DNA from: Anaerolineae bacterium
Lineage (GTDB): Bacteria > Chloroflexota > Anaerolineae > S140-20
DNA: 64,000 bases
Assembly (NCBI GenBank): GCA_027021705.1
Contig: JALUTT010000048.1
Location: 64,001-128,000, forward strand
Direction: 5' to 3'
This document shows positions 49,145 to 58,809 of this stretch, piece by piece. The translations under genes were made by a program, and so were the position numbers. Below the pieces are notes generated by a model. It was not told the DNA's origin, did no database searches, and worked only from the letters and a program-made list of their open reading frames with translations. How positions within the stretch are numbered: position 1 is the first letter of the stretch; every line of letters begins with the position of its first letter.

Positions 49145-49951
49145 ATGGGGCGGAAGAGGGAGAGCAAGGGCTGGGAAGGGGATGGGGGGAGGTCGGTGAC
49201 GCTGACTGCTGTCCCCGGTATCCCCCTCATCCGACCGGGCGATGACCTGGCCGCCATCATCCTGGAGCGGATGGCGGCGGCCGGCCTAGCCTTCCAGCCG
49301 GGCGACATCCTCGTCGTCTGCCAGAAGGTGATCTCCAAGGCGGAGGGCCGGTTGGTCCGCCTGGCCGAGGTCATCCCCTCGCCAGAGGCGCTGGCCCTGG
49401 CGGCCAGAGCCCGCAAGGACCCCCGCCTGGTGGAACTGATCCTACAGGAGTCGCGGGCTGTGCTGCGAGTGCGGCCCGGGCTGATCATCGTTGAGCACCG
49501 GCTGGGCTGGGTCTGTGCCAACGCCGGGATTGACCGCTCCAACGTAGCGGAACCGGAGGACGACGGCTGGGTCCTGCTGCTGCCGGAGGACCCAGACCGG
49601 TCCGCCCAGACGCTGCGCCGGCGTCTCCACGAGGCGACGGGCATCCCGGTGGCGGTCATCGTCAACGACACCCACGGCCGCCCCTTCCGCCTGGGGGCCG
49701 TGGGGGTGGCCATCGGGGTGGCCGGCCTGGCCCCCGTGGCCGACCTGCGGGGGCAGCCGGACCTCTTTGGGCGGGCCTTGCAGACGACGACGGTGGGGCT
49801 GGCCGACGAGGTGGCCTCGGCTGCCTCGATGGTGATGGGGCAGGCGGACGAGGGCCGTCCCGTCGTCCTGGTGCGGGGGCTGACCTACCCGCCGGGCGAG
49901 GGGGCTGCCCGGGACCTTCAGCGCTCCTCGGAGAAGGACCTGTTCCGATAG
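49145..49951 (+). CDS. cofE: Coenzyme F420-0:L-glutamate ligase
   Basis: PGDDL; QKVISKAEGR; CANAGIDRSN; LLPEDPD; DTHGRPFRLG; MGQADEG. Confidence 0.92.
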   Translation: MGRKRESKGWEGDGGRSVTLTAVPGIPLIRPGDDLAAIILERMAAAGLAFQPGDILVVCQKVISKAEGRLVRLAEVIPSPEALALAARARKDPRLVELILQESRAVLRVRPGLIIVEHRLGWVCANAGIDRSNVAEPEDDGWVLLLPEDPDRSAQTLRRRLHEATGIPVAVIVNDTHGRPFRLGAVGVAIGVAGLAPVADLRGQPDLFGRALQTTTVGLADEVASAASMVMGQADEGRPVVLVRGLTYPPGEGAARDLQRSSEKDLFR

Positions 49952-49966
49952 GAGGCCGGACGGACG

Positions 49967-50833
49967 GTGCGGCATCGGGATGACTGGCAGGCGGTGGTGG
50001 TCGGCCTGGCACCGGCGGGCCTCATCGGGTTAACCTTCATCGTCCTTCCCGTCGCCTTTTCCCTCTACCTGACCCTCTGGGATTGGCCTCTCATCGGGCC
50101 GGGACGGCGCTTCATCGGACTGGCCAACTTCGTCCGCCTGCTCCGCGATCCCCACTTCTGGCAGGCGTTCCGGGTGACGGTCCTCTACGTCCTGGGCAGC
50201 GTTCCTATGGAGACGGCCCTGGCCCTCCTGCTGGCCCTCCTGCTCCGCCGCCCGTCGCCCCGGCGAGCCCTCTATCGGATGGCGCTCTTCCTGCCCGTTG
50301 TCCTCTCCTCGGTCGTCGTGGCCCTCTTCTGGAAGTGGGCCTATCAGCCTCAGATCGGGCCGATCAACCGGCTCCTGCGCCTGCTGGGGTTGCCCGGGCC
50401 GGGCTGGTTGGCCGATCCCCACTGGGCCTTGCCGGCCCTCGTCCTGATCCACCTTTGGCGTTTCGCCGGCTACCACGCTGTGCTCTTCATCGCCGGCCTG
50501 CGGACCATCCCCTCGGTCTACTATGAGGTGGCCCTGCTGGACGGCGCAGGACGCTGGGCCTGTTTCCGCCACGTCACTTGGCCCCTCCTCTGGCCCACGA
50601 CGGCCTTGGTGCTCATCACCGGCACCATCTTCGCCTTTCAGCTTTTCGGCCCCGTCTACGTCCTCACCGGTGGCGGGCCGGTGCGCAGCACGACGACGCT
50701 GGCCTTCTACCTCTACGAGCGGGCCTTTGGCTTTCGGGAGATGGGCTACGGGGCGGCCATCGGCTGGGCCCTCTTCCTGGTCCTCTTCCCCTTGGTTGCC
50801 CTGCAGTTTCGCGTGAGGCGTGAGCCAGTGTAG
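49967..50833 (+). CDS. Carbohydrate ABC transporter permease
   Basis: FIGLANF; EAA-like loop YYEVALLDGAG; TGGGP. Confidence 0.88.
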   Translation: MRHRDDWQAVVVGLAPAGLIGLTFIVLPVAFSLYLTLWDWPLIGPGRRFIGLANFVRLLRDPHFWQAFRVTVLYVLGSVPMETALALLLALLLRRPSPRRALYRMALFLPVVLSSVVVALFWKWAYQPQIGPINRLLRLLGLPGPGWLADPHWALPALVLIHLWRFAGYHAVLFIAGLRTIPSVYYEVALLDGAGRWACFRHVTWPLLWPTTALVLITGTIFAFQLFGPVYVLTGGGPVRSTTTLAFYLYERAFGFREMGYGAAIGWALFLVLFPLVALQFRVRREPV

Positions 50834-50842
50834 GGGGTAGGT

Positions 50843-51679
50843 GTGATGGAACAACCTCCGAACTCCAACCGTCTGCCCTCAGGACCTGACCGCCGGGGCC
50901 TCACAGGCTACGGCGTCGGTTTTGGGGAGTTGGTGCTGGTCGTTGCAGCAGGGATCGCGCTGGCTCCGCTGGGGTGGGCTTTGGCGTTGGCCGTCAGCGC
51001 TGGCCCTTCTCCCTGGAGCGCTTTCTTCCGGGCCCTGGCCGCCGCGCCGCTGGCCCGCTACCTGCTCAACAGCCTGCTGGTATCCGGCGTCACGGCGCTG
51101 GGGCAGGTGGCGGTGGCGACGCCGGCCGCCTACGTCTTCGCCCGGCTCCGCTTTCCTGGCCGCGATGGGCTCTTTGCCCTCTACCTGGGCACGCTCATCA
51201 TCCCCCATCACGTGACGCTGCTGCCCGCCTTCCTGTTGATGCGCTGGCTGGGCTGGCTGGACCACTACCAAGCCCTCGTCGTGCCGGCCCTGGCTCACCC
51301 TTTCGCCCTCTTCGTCCTGCGACAGTTCTTCCTCAGCGTGCCCCCAGAGCTGGAGGATGCGGCGCGGATGGATGGCTGCTCCCGCTGGATGGTCCTCCTC
51401 CGGGTGCTCTTGCCCCTCTCCCGGCCGGCTCTGGTCACGGTGGGGCTTTTCAGTTTCCTCTGGTCCTGGAACAGCTTTCTCTGGCCCCTCGTTGTGCTGC
51501 AGACACCGACCCGCTACACCTTGCCTGTCGGGCTGGCGATGCTCCAGAGCGAGGTGGGCACCGACTGGCCGGTGCTGATGGCCGCAGCCCTCATCGCCGC
51601 CACGCCGGTCTTGCTCCTCTTCCTGTTCGCCCAGCGTTCCCTGGTGCACAGCATCACCTTCGCCGAAGGGTCTACGTAG
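50843..51679 (+). CDS. Carbohydrate ABC transporter permease
   Basis: LLNSL; AYVFARLRFPGR; ELEDAARMDG; WNSFLWP. Confidence 0.88.
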   Translation: MMEQPPNSNRLPSGPDRRGLTGYGVGFGELVLVVAAGIALAPLGWALALAVSAGPSPWSAFFRALAAAPLARYLLNSLLVSGVTALGQVAVATPAAYVFARLRFPGRDGLFALYLGTLIIPHHVTLLPAFLLMRWLGWLDHYQALVVPALAHPFALFVLRQFFLSVPPELEDAARMDGCSRWMVLLRVLLPLSRPALVTVGLFSFLWSWNSFLWPLVVLQTPTRYTLPVGLAMLQSEVGTDWPVLMAAALIAATPVLLLFLFAQRSLVHSITFAEGST

Positions 51680-51785
51680 CGCGGAGACGACCGGCATAGG
51701 TGGTCAGGTTTCTGGGAGAGCGGTATAATGGGCTCTGGCTTAAGCGCTTTACTTCACAAGAATATGCGATTAGGAGGGTGCGAAA

Positions 51786-53948
51786 GTGGGCGTTGAAAAG
51801 AGTGCACTTCACCCCTTTCAAGCGGCTTCAGCACGCCTGGTGGAGTGGCTAAACCGTCATCCGCTCCCGGAACCCGCGATAATCATCCTGACGTCCGTCG
51901 TTGTCGGCGTGGGTGCTGGCTTCGGGGCCGTGGTCTTCCGCTGGCTCATTGCCACCATCAAGCGGCTGGCCTTTGAGGGTGTTGGGGAGATGGTCGGTTT
52001 TCCTGCCCCTCCGGCCCTGATCCTCATCCCGGCAGCCGGCGGGTTGCTCTTCGGTCCCCTCATCTACTTCTTCGCCCGCGAGGCCAAAGGGCACGGCGTC
52101 CCAGAGGTGATGGAAGCGGTGGCCCTGCGGGGTGGGCGGATTCGCCCCCGCGTGGCTGTGGTCAAGTCCCTGGCCTCATCGCTCTGCATCGGCACCGGGG
52201 GCTCTGTGGGACGCGAGGGACCCATCGTCCAGATCGGGTCCGCCCTGGGCTCGACGGTAGGGCAACTTCTGGACCTCTCCGACGATCGGATCCGCAGCTT
52301 GGTCGCCTGTGGTGCGGCTGGGGGCATCGCCGCTACCTTCAACGCCCCCATCGCCGGCGCCCTCTTCGCCCTAGAGATCATTTTGGGACAGTTTCAGGCT
52401 ACCTACTTCGGCGCAGTCGTCATCTCGGCCGTGACCTCCGACGTGATCGCCCAACTCTTCCTGGGCGAGGAGCGCGCCTTTCTGGTGCCTCCCTACTCCT
52501 TGGTCAGCCCTTGGGAGTTGCTCCTGTACGCCCTGTTGGGGGTTCTGGCAGCTTTCGTTGCCGTGGGCTTCTCTCGGCTCCTCTACGTAGCCGAGGACCT
52601 TTTCGACGCCTGGCACTTCCCTGAGTACTTGAAGCCGGTGATCGGTGGAGCGCTCCTGGGGCTCTTGGGCCTTTTGGCCCCCCGCCTCGGCGGAGGCTTT
52701 CCCCGCATCTTCGGTGTCGGCTACGACTCCATCAGTGATGCCCTCTTCGGTCGGTTGGCTATGACGACAGCCCTCTTGCTGCTGGTGCTGAAGCTCCTGG
52801 CCACCTCTCTGACCTTGGGCTCTGGAGGTTCCGGCGGTGTCTTCGCCCCTTCGCTCTTCATGGGGGCTATGCTGGGTCAGACCTTTGGCACGGTGGTCCA
52901 TCGCCTGTTCCCCCAGGTCACAGCACCGCCGGGGGGGTACGCACTGGTGGGGATGGCTTCCGTCTTCGCCGGGGCAGCCCACGCGCCGATCACTGCCATC
53001 ATCATCCTCTTCGAGATGACGGGGGACTACAACATCATCCTCCCCTTGATGTTCGGCACGGTCGTGAGCACCTTGATCAGCCGCGGCCTCAGCTACGAGT
53101 CCATCTACACGCTGAAGTTGGTCCGGCGGGGAGTGCACCTGCGCCAGGGACAGGATATTGACGTGATGCAGGCGGTGACGGTGGGCGAGGCGATGAGCAC
53201 CCAGGTGGACACGGTGCCGCCCGACATGAGCCTCCAAGAGTTGGCCCGGGCTTTCACCGAGACCCATCACCACGGCTTCCCGGTGACCGATGAGGAGGGG
53301 AATCTGCTGGGGATCGTCAGCATCCGGGACCTGGAGGAGGCTATGGCTCGGGGGCCGATAGACGGGCTGACGGTGGCCGACATCGCCACGATGGACAACC
53401 TGGTCGTGGCCTACCCCCACGAGCCGATGTGGGTGGCGCTGCGCCGCCTGGGAAGCCGGGACCTGAGCCGCCTGCCGGTGCTGGAGGCGGAAGGATCGCG
53501 CAAGCTGGTGGGGGTCGTCCGCCGCAGCGACATCATCCGGGCCTACAACGCCGCCATCCTGGCGCGAGCGCAGCAGCAACATCGGGTGGAGCAGTTGCGC
53601 TTGGGCCGGCTGGATGGGGTCCGCTTTATGGAATTCGACGTGGCGCCGGGAGCGCCGGTGGCGGGCAAGGCGCTGCGCGACCTGAAGCTGCCGGAGAACT
53701 GCCTGGTCGTCTCGGTGCGCCGGGGGCGCAAGCTCTACGTCGCCCAGGCCCATACGGTGCTGCTGCCGGGGGACCACGTGACGATCTTCGCGCCCGACGA
53801 GTGTTCCCCGGAGTTGGCCCGCCTCTTGACCGGCCGGCCTGGCCTCTCCCTCTCGGAGTCGGAGGAGGAAAAGGAGGCGGTGTTGGAGGAGGCCCCTGAA
53901 GGGGAGCGGGAATCGGCAAGAGAACCCTCGGGCGAGGTGGGAACGTAG
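51786..53948 (+). CDS. ClC chloride channel/antiporter with CBS pair and TrkA-C domain
   Basis: GHGVPEV; GGSVGREGP; GGVFAP; CBS HHGFPV; terminal VSVRRG..LLPGD. Confidence 0.92.
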   Translation: MGVEKSALHPFQAASARLVEWLNRHPLPEPAIIILTSVVVGVGAGFGAVVFRWLIATIKRLAFEGVGEMVGFPAPPALILIPAAGGLLFGPLIYFFAREAKGHGVPEVMEAVALRGGRIRPRVAVVKSLASSLCIGTGGSVGREGPIVQIGSALGSTVGQLLDLSDDRIRSLVACGAAGGIAATFNAPIAGALFALEIILGQFQATYFGAVVISAVTSDVIAQLFLGEERAFLVPPYSLVSPWELLLYALLGVLAAFVAVGFSRLLYVAEDLFDAWHFPEYLKPVIGGALLGLLGLLAPRLGGGFPRIFGVGYDSISDALFGRLAMTTALLLLVLKLLATSLTLGSGGSGGVFAPSLFMGAMLGQTFGTVVHRLFPQVTAPPGGYALVGMASVFAGAAHAPITAIIILFEMTGDYNIILPLMFGTVVSTLISRGLSYESIYTLKLVRRGVHLRQGQDIDVMQAVTVGEAMSTQVDTVPPDMSLQELARAFTETHHHGFPVTDEEGNLLGIVSIRDLEEAMARGPIDGLTVADIATMDNLVVAYPHEPMWVALRRLGSRDLSRLPVLEAEGSRKLVGVVRRSDIIRAYNAAILARAQQQHRVEQLRLGRLDGVRFMEFDVAPGAPVAGKALRDLKLPENCLVVSVRRGRKLYVAQAHTVLLPGDHVTIFAPDECSPELARLLTGRPGLSLSESEEEKEAVLEEAPEGERESAREPSGEVGT

Positions 53949-54248
53949 GAGGCCCTTGCAGGGCCGAATGTAGCCGAACGGAGGAGGCCCTTGGAGGGCC
54001 GAACTGGGCCGACCCGGGGTGGGGTGGGGGCGTAGGAGGCCCTTGAAGGGCCGGCTCGGGGTGGGGTGGGGACGTAGGAGGCCCTTGCAGGGCCGACGTA
54101 GCCGAACGGAGGAGGCCCTTGGAAGGCCGGCTCGGGGTGGGGTGGGGACGTAGGAGGCCCTTGCCGGGCCGAACGTAGCCGAACGTAGGAGGCCCTTGGA
54201 AGGCCGGCTCGGGGTGGGATGGGGACGTAGGTGGCCCTTGCAGGGCCG
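53944..54248 (+). repeat. Array of 8 GTAG/GGAG-type REP-like hairpins
   Basis: Core cg(t/g)aggaggcccttg(c/g/a)agggccg, each with GGCCCT/AGGGCC arms, separated by two recurring spacer types. Confidence 0.85.
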
Positions 54249-54400
54249 ACCTTGCCGAGCCGAGTGTAAAAGGGATCGGGTGGCGGGGGTGGGGACGGGC
54301 ATTGAGAGGGGGGAAAACCCATCCCCACTGCCCGCCGCGTGGGAAAGACGGCCCTGGCCGCCGAGCCATCCTCTGGTCGGTTGGCCGGGGCCGCGCTTTG

Positions 54401-55990
54401 CTAGCCTGAGCCGGAGGCACTGCTCCCCGCCGTGACCTGGAAGATGACGGCGTCGTCGTCGCGGTAGACCTCGACCAAATTGGGGTCCTCAGCCGCCTTC
54501 TCTAGGAAGGCTTTGTGGGCCAGGTCGGTGAAGACGTAGTGGGCCCCGAAGCGCTCGCTGATGACCTGGGAGGGGCGCTCCACTCGGCCCTGGGTGATCT
54601 CCACCCAGAGATCGTAGAGCTCCGCATCGTAGCGCTGCATGTAGGTCGGATCCAGGCCCACGATGTAGGTGTTGTGGGTGTTGTAGAAGAAGAGGCGGGG
54701 GAAATCATCCCAGTCGGTCTGGAAGACGCGGCTGCCGGCCGGTGTGTGGGCCTGAAGCCAGGCGGCGGCCTCAGCATAGCGCTCGTAGGGTTTGGAGCGT
54801 TGCAAGCTCTCCCGAGAGGCTTGCAGGTTGGAGGGCAGCGTTAGCAGCAGGATCGCCCCCATCAAGCCGATGGAGATTCGGTGGCGCCAGCGGTGGCCCT
54901 GTGCCTCCCACCGTCGGATGAGAGGGCTCCAGGCGAGGGCAGCAAAGGCCAGGGCAAAAGCGGGGAAGTACTCCACGAAGCGCCGGGATTTGAAGAGCAT
55001 AAAGCCAAAGAGCAGGGTGAGCAGCAGGCCCGTCGCCGTTGGGGCGTCCATACGCCGGTCGTGGAGGCCCAGGGCGAGGATGCCGGACAGAAAGGCGATC
55101 AGGGCCAGCCCGGAGTTCTCCAACAACTGGGTGGTCTTGTAGGGATACCACTCGCTGCCCACACCGGGGGCTGTCGGGTTGAGCACCTTGGGGCCGAGAT
55201 GATGGTAGATGAAGAGGAGGTTGTTGGGGAAGTAGGGATGGATGAGCAGGCCCAGCGCCACTCCCAGGCCGACGTAGGCCAGGGGCCGCCATTCCAGTTG
55301 TCCGTCGGACAGCCAGCGGGCGACCCCATAGGCCCCTGCCACCAGCAGGATCATAGGAAAGCCGTTGTAGAGCCACACGTAGAAGAAGGCCAAGGGGACC
55401 AACCGGCGGTGTCGGCCCGTGAGAAGCCAGTGCCACGCCACTATCAGCGCGGCCAGGGAGAGGGACTGCGCCCGGGGCATGCTCATCCGGTAGATGAACG
55501 CCTCGGAGACCACCAGCAGGCCGGCCGTCCACAGGGCGGCGTAGGGGACGCGCTGCCTTCGCAGCAGCCACCAGAAGCTCAGGAAAGCCACGGCGGGGAA
55601 GAGGACGCTGGCCATCTTAGCCCCCAACCGCAGGTCGCCGAAGGTGAAGGGGATGAGAAGGACGTGGAAGAGGAAGTGGTGATCCACAAAGCGGTCGGCG
55701 TTCAGCACGGTGAGCGCGAGCCAGTCAAAAGGTAGTCGCCACCCCTCTGTGCGCATCAGGTAGGCCATCTTGATGTGGTAGTAACCATCGTTGCCCACCA
55801 AGTTGGGCGTGGCGAATTGGACAGCAGTTAGAAAGAGGACCAAGGCGCTGAAAAGGGCTGTCCCTGTCAGCAGAGGGTATTGGTCAGGGTGTGACACACG
55901 CAGCCCAAGGGTCGTTGACGGTGCTCGTTGGCCTCCCTCGGCGAAGACCGTCGGCCTCGGTGTGGAGGCAGCGTACTTCCTGCTTCTCAT
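54401..55990 (-). CDS. Polytopic membrane protein, probable GT-C glycosyltransferase
   Basis: First-loop DGYYH motif, about 10 TM helices and a soluble C-terminal domain. Start uncertain. Confidence 0.55.
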   Translation of the reverse strand: MRSRKYAASTPRPTVFAEGGQRAPSTTLGLRVSHPDQYPLLTGTALFSALVLFLTAVQFATPNLVGNDGYYHIKMAYLMRTEGWRLPFDWLALTVLNADRFVDHHFLFHVLLIPFTFGDLRLGAKMASVLFPAVAFLSFWWLLRRQRVPYAALWTAGLLVVSEAFIYRMSMPRAQSLSLAALIVAWHWLLTGRHRRLVPLAFFYVWLYNGFPMILLVAGAYGVARWLSDGQLEWRPLAYVGLGVALGLLIHPYFPNNLLFIYHHLGPKVLNPTAPGVGSEWYPYKTTQLLENSGLALIAFLSGILALGLHDRRMDAPTATGLLLTLLFGFMLFKSRRFVEYFPAFALAFAALAWSPLIRRWEAQGHRWRHRISIGLMGAILLLTLPSNLQASRESLQRSKPYERYAEAAAWLQAHTPAGSRVFQTDWDDFPRLFFYNTHNTYIVGLDPTYMQRYDAELYDLWVEITQGRVERPSQVISERFGAHYVFTDLAHKAFLEKAAEDPNLVEVYRDDDAVIFQVTAGSSASGSG

Positions 55991-56089
55991 CTCCTTCCCT
56001 TCCGAGCCCGTGGAGCGGCTGGGTTGGCTGACCGTGTGGCCCCTACCCGGCGGTGGGGGGAAGGTCTAGACTCTTCCTGGACGGCGGCC

Positions 56090-57583
56090 CTATGGGACAC
56101 TGTTCTCATTCTCGTTGTCGTTCTCGTTCCCGTTGCCATTCTCGTTTCCGTTCTCGTTGTCGTTGTCATCGGAGGGCGTCGGGGTAGGCGTGTAGGTGTA
56201 GGTTGGGGTGGGTGTCGGCGTTGGCGTCGGCGTGTAGGTGTAGGTTGGAGAGGGCGTCGGCGTCGGTTCTGGGCTCGCCGTGTAGGTTGGTGTCGGGGTG
56301 TAGGTGGGCGTTGGCGTGGGCGTCGGCGTGTGGACGGACTCCGACGTCTCCGTGGGCTCCGGTGTCTCCGACGGTTCCGGCGTCTCCGTCTCCCCGGGCC
56401 TGGGCGTATGGGTGGGTTCCGGAGTTTCCGTGGTCTCGGGGGTCTCCGACGGTTCTGGCGTCTCCGTCTCCTCGGGCCTAGGTGTATGGGTGGGTTCCGG
56501 AGTTTCCGTGGTCTCTGTGGGCTCCGGCGTCTCCGTCGGCTTCCCTTCCGGCGTCTGTTCCATCTCCGGGGTCTCCGTAGGCTCCCCCTCGGCCAGGGTC
56601 TCAGGCGTGGGCGTCGCCGTCAGGGTGAGCGTGGGTTGCCCCGTGGGCGAGGGCGTCGGCGTCACCGAAGGGGTGGCCGTCGGCGTCCCCGTCGGCGAGG
56701 GGGTGGCCGGTGAAGGGGATGGGGTCTCGGCGGCCGGCGGAAGGGTCTCCGGCGGCGAGGTCGTTGGCATCACCGTCTGCGTCGGTGTGGGCGAGCCCGT
56801 CGGCTTCGATGGTGTGGCTTCCTCGCCGGGCGTGGCCGTCGGTGTCTCGGTGGGCGGGATCGGAGGTGGCTCGACCTGCAACTGAAGGGCCAGCAGCCGG
56901 CCTGGCCCCTCGATCCGGGCACGGACCTTCACCCGTGCGCCCACGACGGGCTCCCCCTCCACCTCTGTCTCCGCGCCCACCTGGACCGACAGCCCGCTGA
57001 CCGTCCAGGTGCTCGCCCCGAGCGCTTCGATCTCCCCTTCAAACCGGACGACGACAGGCCGTCCGGTGGGGAGCAGCGCTTCCACCTCCTTCCGCCGTTC
57101 CTGGGCGAAGCGGGCCAAGAGCTGGGCGCGGGCGGCCGGGCTGAAGGCCAGGAAGAGCTGCACTTCCTCGCTGGCCCGCTTGACCGGGTAGAGGGGGTCG
57201 CCGGGTAGGCTCTCGGAGGCCAGGACGACGCTCAGGCTGCTGCCGATCACGACAACGACCAAAAGCATCGCCACGGCGGTCCGCCAGGCCGGCGCCGGGG
57301 AGAGGAGCCCCCCCAGGAGCCGACCGATGCGCTCCAGCAGGGTGGGGGGTGGAGCCGCTTGCTTCTTCGCCGCCAGCGCGGCCAGCATCCGCTCCCGTCC
57401 GGCTTGGACCGCTTCCGGTCGGGCCTGGGGACGGGGCAGGGCGCGGATCTCGGCCATCAAGGTGAGATACGGGCGGAGGGCGTCGGCCTGCTCGGGGTAG
57501 CGGGCCAGACATTCCTCGACACTCGCCCCGGCGCGAAGCTGGAGGAGGCATTCTTCCAAGAGGGTTTCGATGTCACGGCTCAT
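56090..57583 (-). CDS. Putative anti-sigma factor: TM, DUF5667, DUF5666, Pro/Thr/Glu-rich stalk, Asn/Glu tail
   Basis: LEECL..VEECLARYP; SLPGDPLYPVKRASE; WTVSG; PT/ETPE repeats. Overlaps the sigma gene stop. Confidence 0.75.
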   Translation of the reverse strand: MSRDIETLLEECLLQLRAGASVEECLARYPEQADALRPYLTLMAEIRALPRPQARPEAVQAGRERMLAALAAKKQAAPPPTLLERIGRLLGGLLSPAPAWRTAVAMLLVVVVIGSSLSVVLASESLPGDPLYPVKRASEEVQLFLAFSPAARAQLLARFAQERRKEVEALLPTGRPVVVRFEGEIEALGASTWTVSGLSVQVGAETEVEGEPVVGARVKVRARIEGPGRLLALQLQVEPPPIPPTETPTATPGEEATPSKPTGSPTPTQTVMPTTSPPETLPPAAETPSPSPATPSPTGTPTATPSVTPTPSPTGQPTLTLTATPTPETLAEGEPTETPEMEQTPEGKPTETPEPTETTETPEPTHTPRPEETETPEPSETPETTETPEPTHTPRPGETETPEPSETPEPTETSESVHTPTPTPTPTYTPTPTYTASPEPTPTPSPTYTYTPTPTPTPTPTYTYTPTPTPSDDNDNENGNENGNGNENDNENENSVP

Positions 57584-58133
57584 AGCACTTCTCTTTGTTC
57601 AGGGCGCGGCGGAGGGCGGCCAATGCTCGGTGTTGCAGCGCTTTGACAGCGCCTTCGGTCTTGGCCAGGATGGCGGCGACCTCGGCGTTGCTTCGGTCCT
57701 CGACGAACTTCAGCAGGATCACTTGACGCTGATCCTCGGTCAGGTGACGCAGGGCCTTCGCCAGACATTCCCGGGTGAGCGTCCGCTCGGCCACCTGGGC
57801 CGGCTGGCTCTCGTCGTCTTCGGCGACCAGGCGCTCCTCCAGCGGCAGTGACGGAGCCCGCTCCAGACGGCGGTGGCGGTCTATGATCAGGTTCCGGGCG
57901 ATGGTGTAGAGCCAGGAGAGGAGAGGCCGATCCTGGACCTGGAAGGTGTGGATCTTCTCCACCAGACGCACGAAGACGTCGGCCGTCAGGTCCTCGGCGG
58001 CTTCAGCATCTCCTACCCGGTAGAAGATGTAGGTATAGATGGTGGGCTGGTAGCGCTCATAGAGCTCGGCGAAGGCCTCTGGGTCCCCTTGCTGAGCCCG
58101 CCGCACCAACCGGGCTTCGCGTTCCGAGATCAC
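57573..58133 (-). CDS. ECF sigma-70 factor
   Basis: AQQGDPEAFAELYERY; AEDLTADVF; WLYTIARN; GAVKALQHRA. Confidence 0.92.
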   Translation of the reverse strand: MISEREARLVRRAQQGDPEAFAELYERYQPTIYTYIFYRVGDAEAAEDLTADVFVRLVEKIHTFQVQDRPLLSWLYTIARNLIIDRHRRLERAPSLPLEERLVAEDDESQPAQVAERTLTRECLAKALRHLTEDQRQVILLKFVEDRSNAEVAAILAKTEGAVKALQHRALAALRRALNKEKCYEP

Positions 58134-58263
58134 CGCTCGTCCCCCCTCACCCTGTCTAACGTCGAAGGGGTGTGGAAGATACGGGGAACCTGTGGTACAA
58201 TCCGGCAACGATCAGGGATTTTCAACGCTTTCCTTTCCAGGATTGAAGCGGTTGAGGCGTTCT

Positions 58264-58797
58264 ATGGATTGGCAGGTCTTGGGCAATGCGTTGCTCATCT
58301 TCGTGCTGAGGGTTACCGATGTCTCGATAGCGACCGTTCGGACGATCCTCATCATCCGGGGGAAGCGAGGCGCTTCGGCAGCCCTGGGCTTCGTCCAGGC
58401 GACCATCTTCGTCCTGGCGGTCGGACGGGCGGTCCAGGACATCGGCAATCTGTGGAATGTGCTGGGATACGCCGGCGGGTTCGCCGTGGGCACGCTGGTT
58501 GGGATGTGGATTGAAGAGAAGCTGGCCCTGGGCTACGTCCACGTGCGGGTCTTCGCCCGAAAGCGGGGCCGGGAACTGGCCTCCTTGCTGCGGGACGCCG
58601 GCTACGGCGTCACCGAAACCCTCTCCGAAGGGCTGGAGGGGTACGTGGACACCATAGACATCCTGGTCCAGCGCAAGGTGCTGCCCCAGCTCTTGGCCCA
58701 GATCCGGGAGCACAACCCGGCGGCGATGGTCACGGTCGAGGAGACGCGCTCTGTCTACCGGGGGTACATGCCCCGCCTCGGGCGCAACGGGGGGTAG
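58264..58797 (+). CDS. DUF5698/DUF2179 (UPF0316-like) membrane protein
   Basis: LRVTDVSIATVRT; GYAGGFAVGT; EEKLALG; GYGVT. Confidence 0.8.
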   Translation: MDWQVLGNALLIFVLRVTDVSIATVRTILIIRGKRGASAALGFVQATIFVLAVGRAVQDIGNLWNVLGYAGGFAVGTLVGMWIEEKLALGYVHVRVFARKRGRELASLLRDAGYGVTETLSEGLEGYVDTIDILVQRKVLPQLLAQIREHNPAAMVTVEETRSVYRGYMPRLGRNGG

Positions 58798-58809
58798 CCC
58801 CGCGACCCC

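Noticed and set aside
53944..54248. Possible CRISPR array
   Set aside because: Spacers are short and recur rather than being unique, repeats are degenerate, and no cas genes are present.
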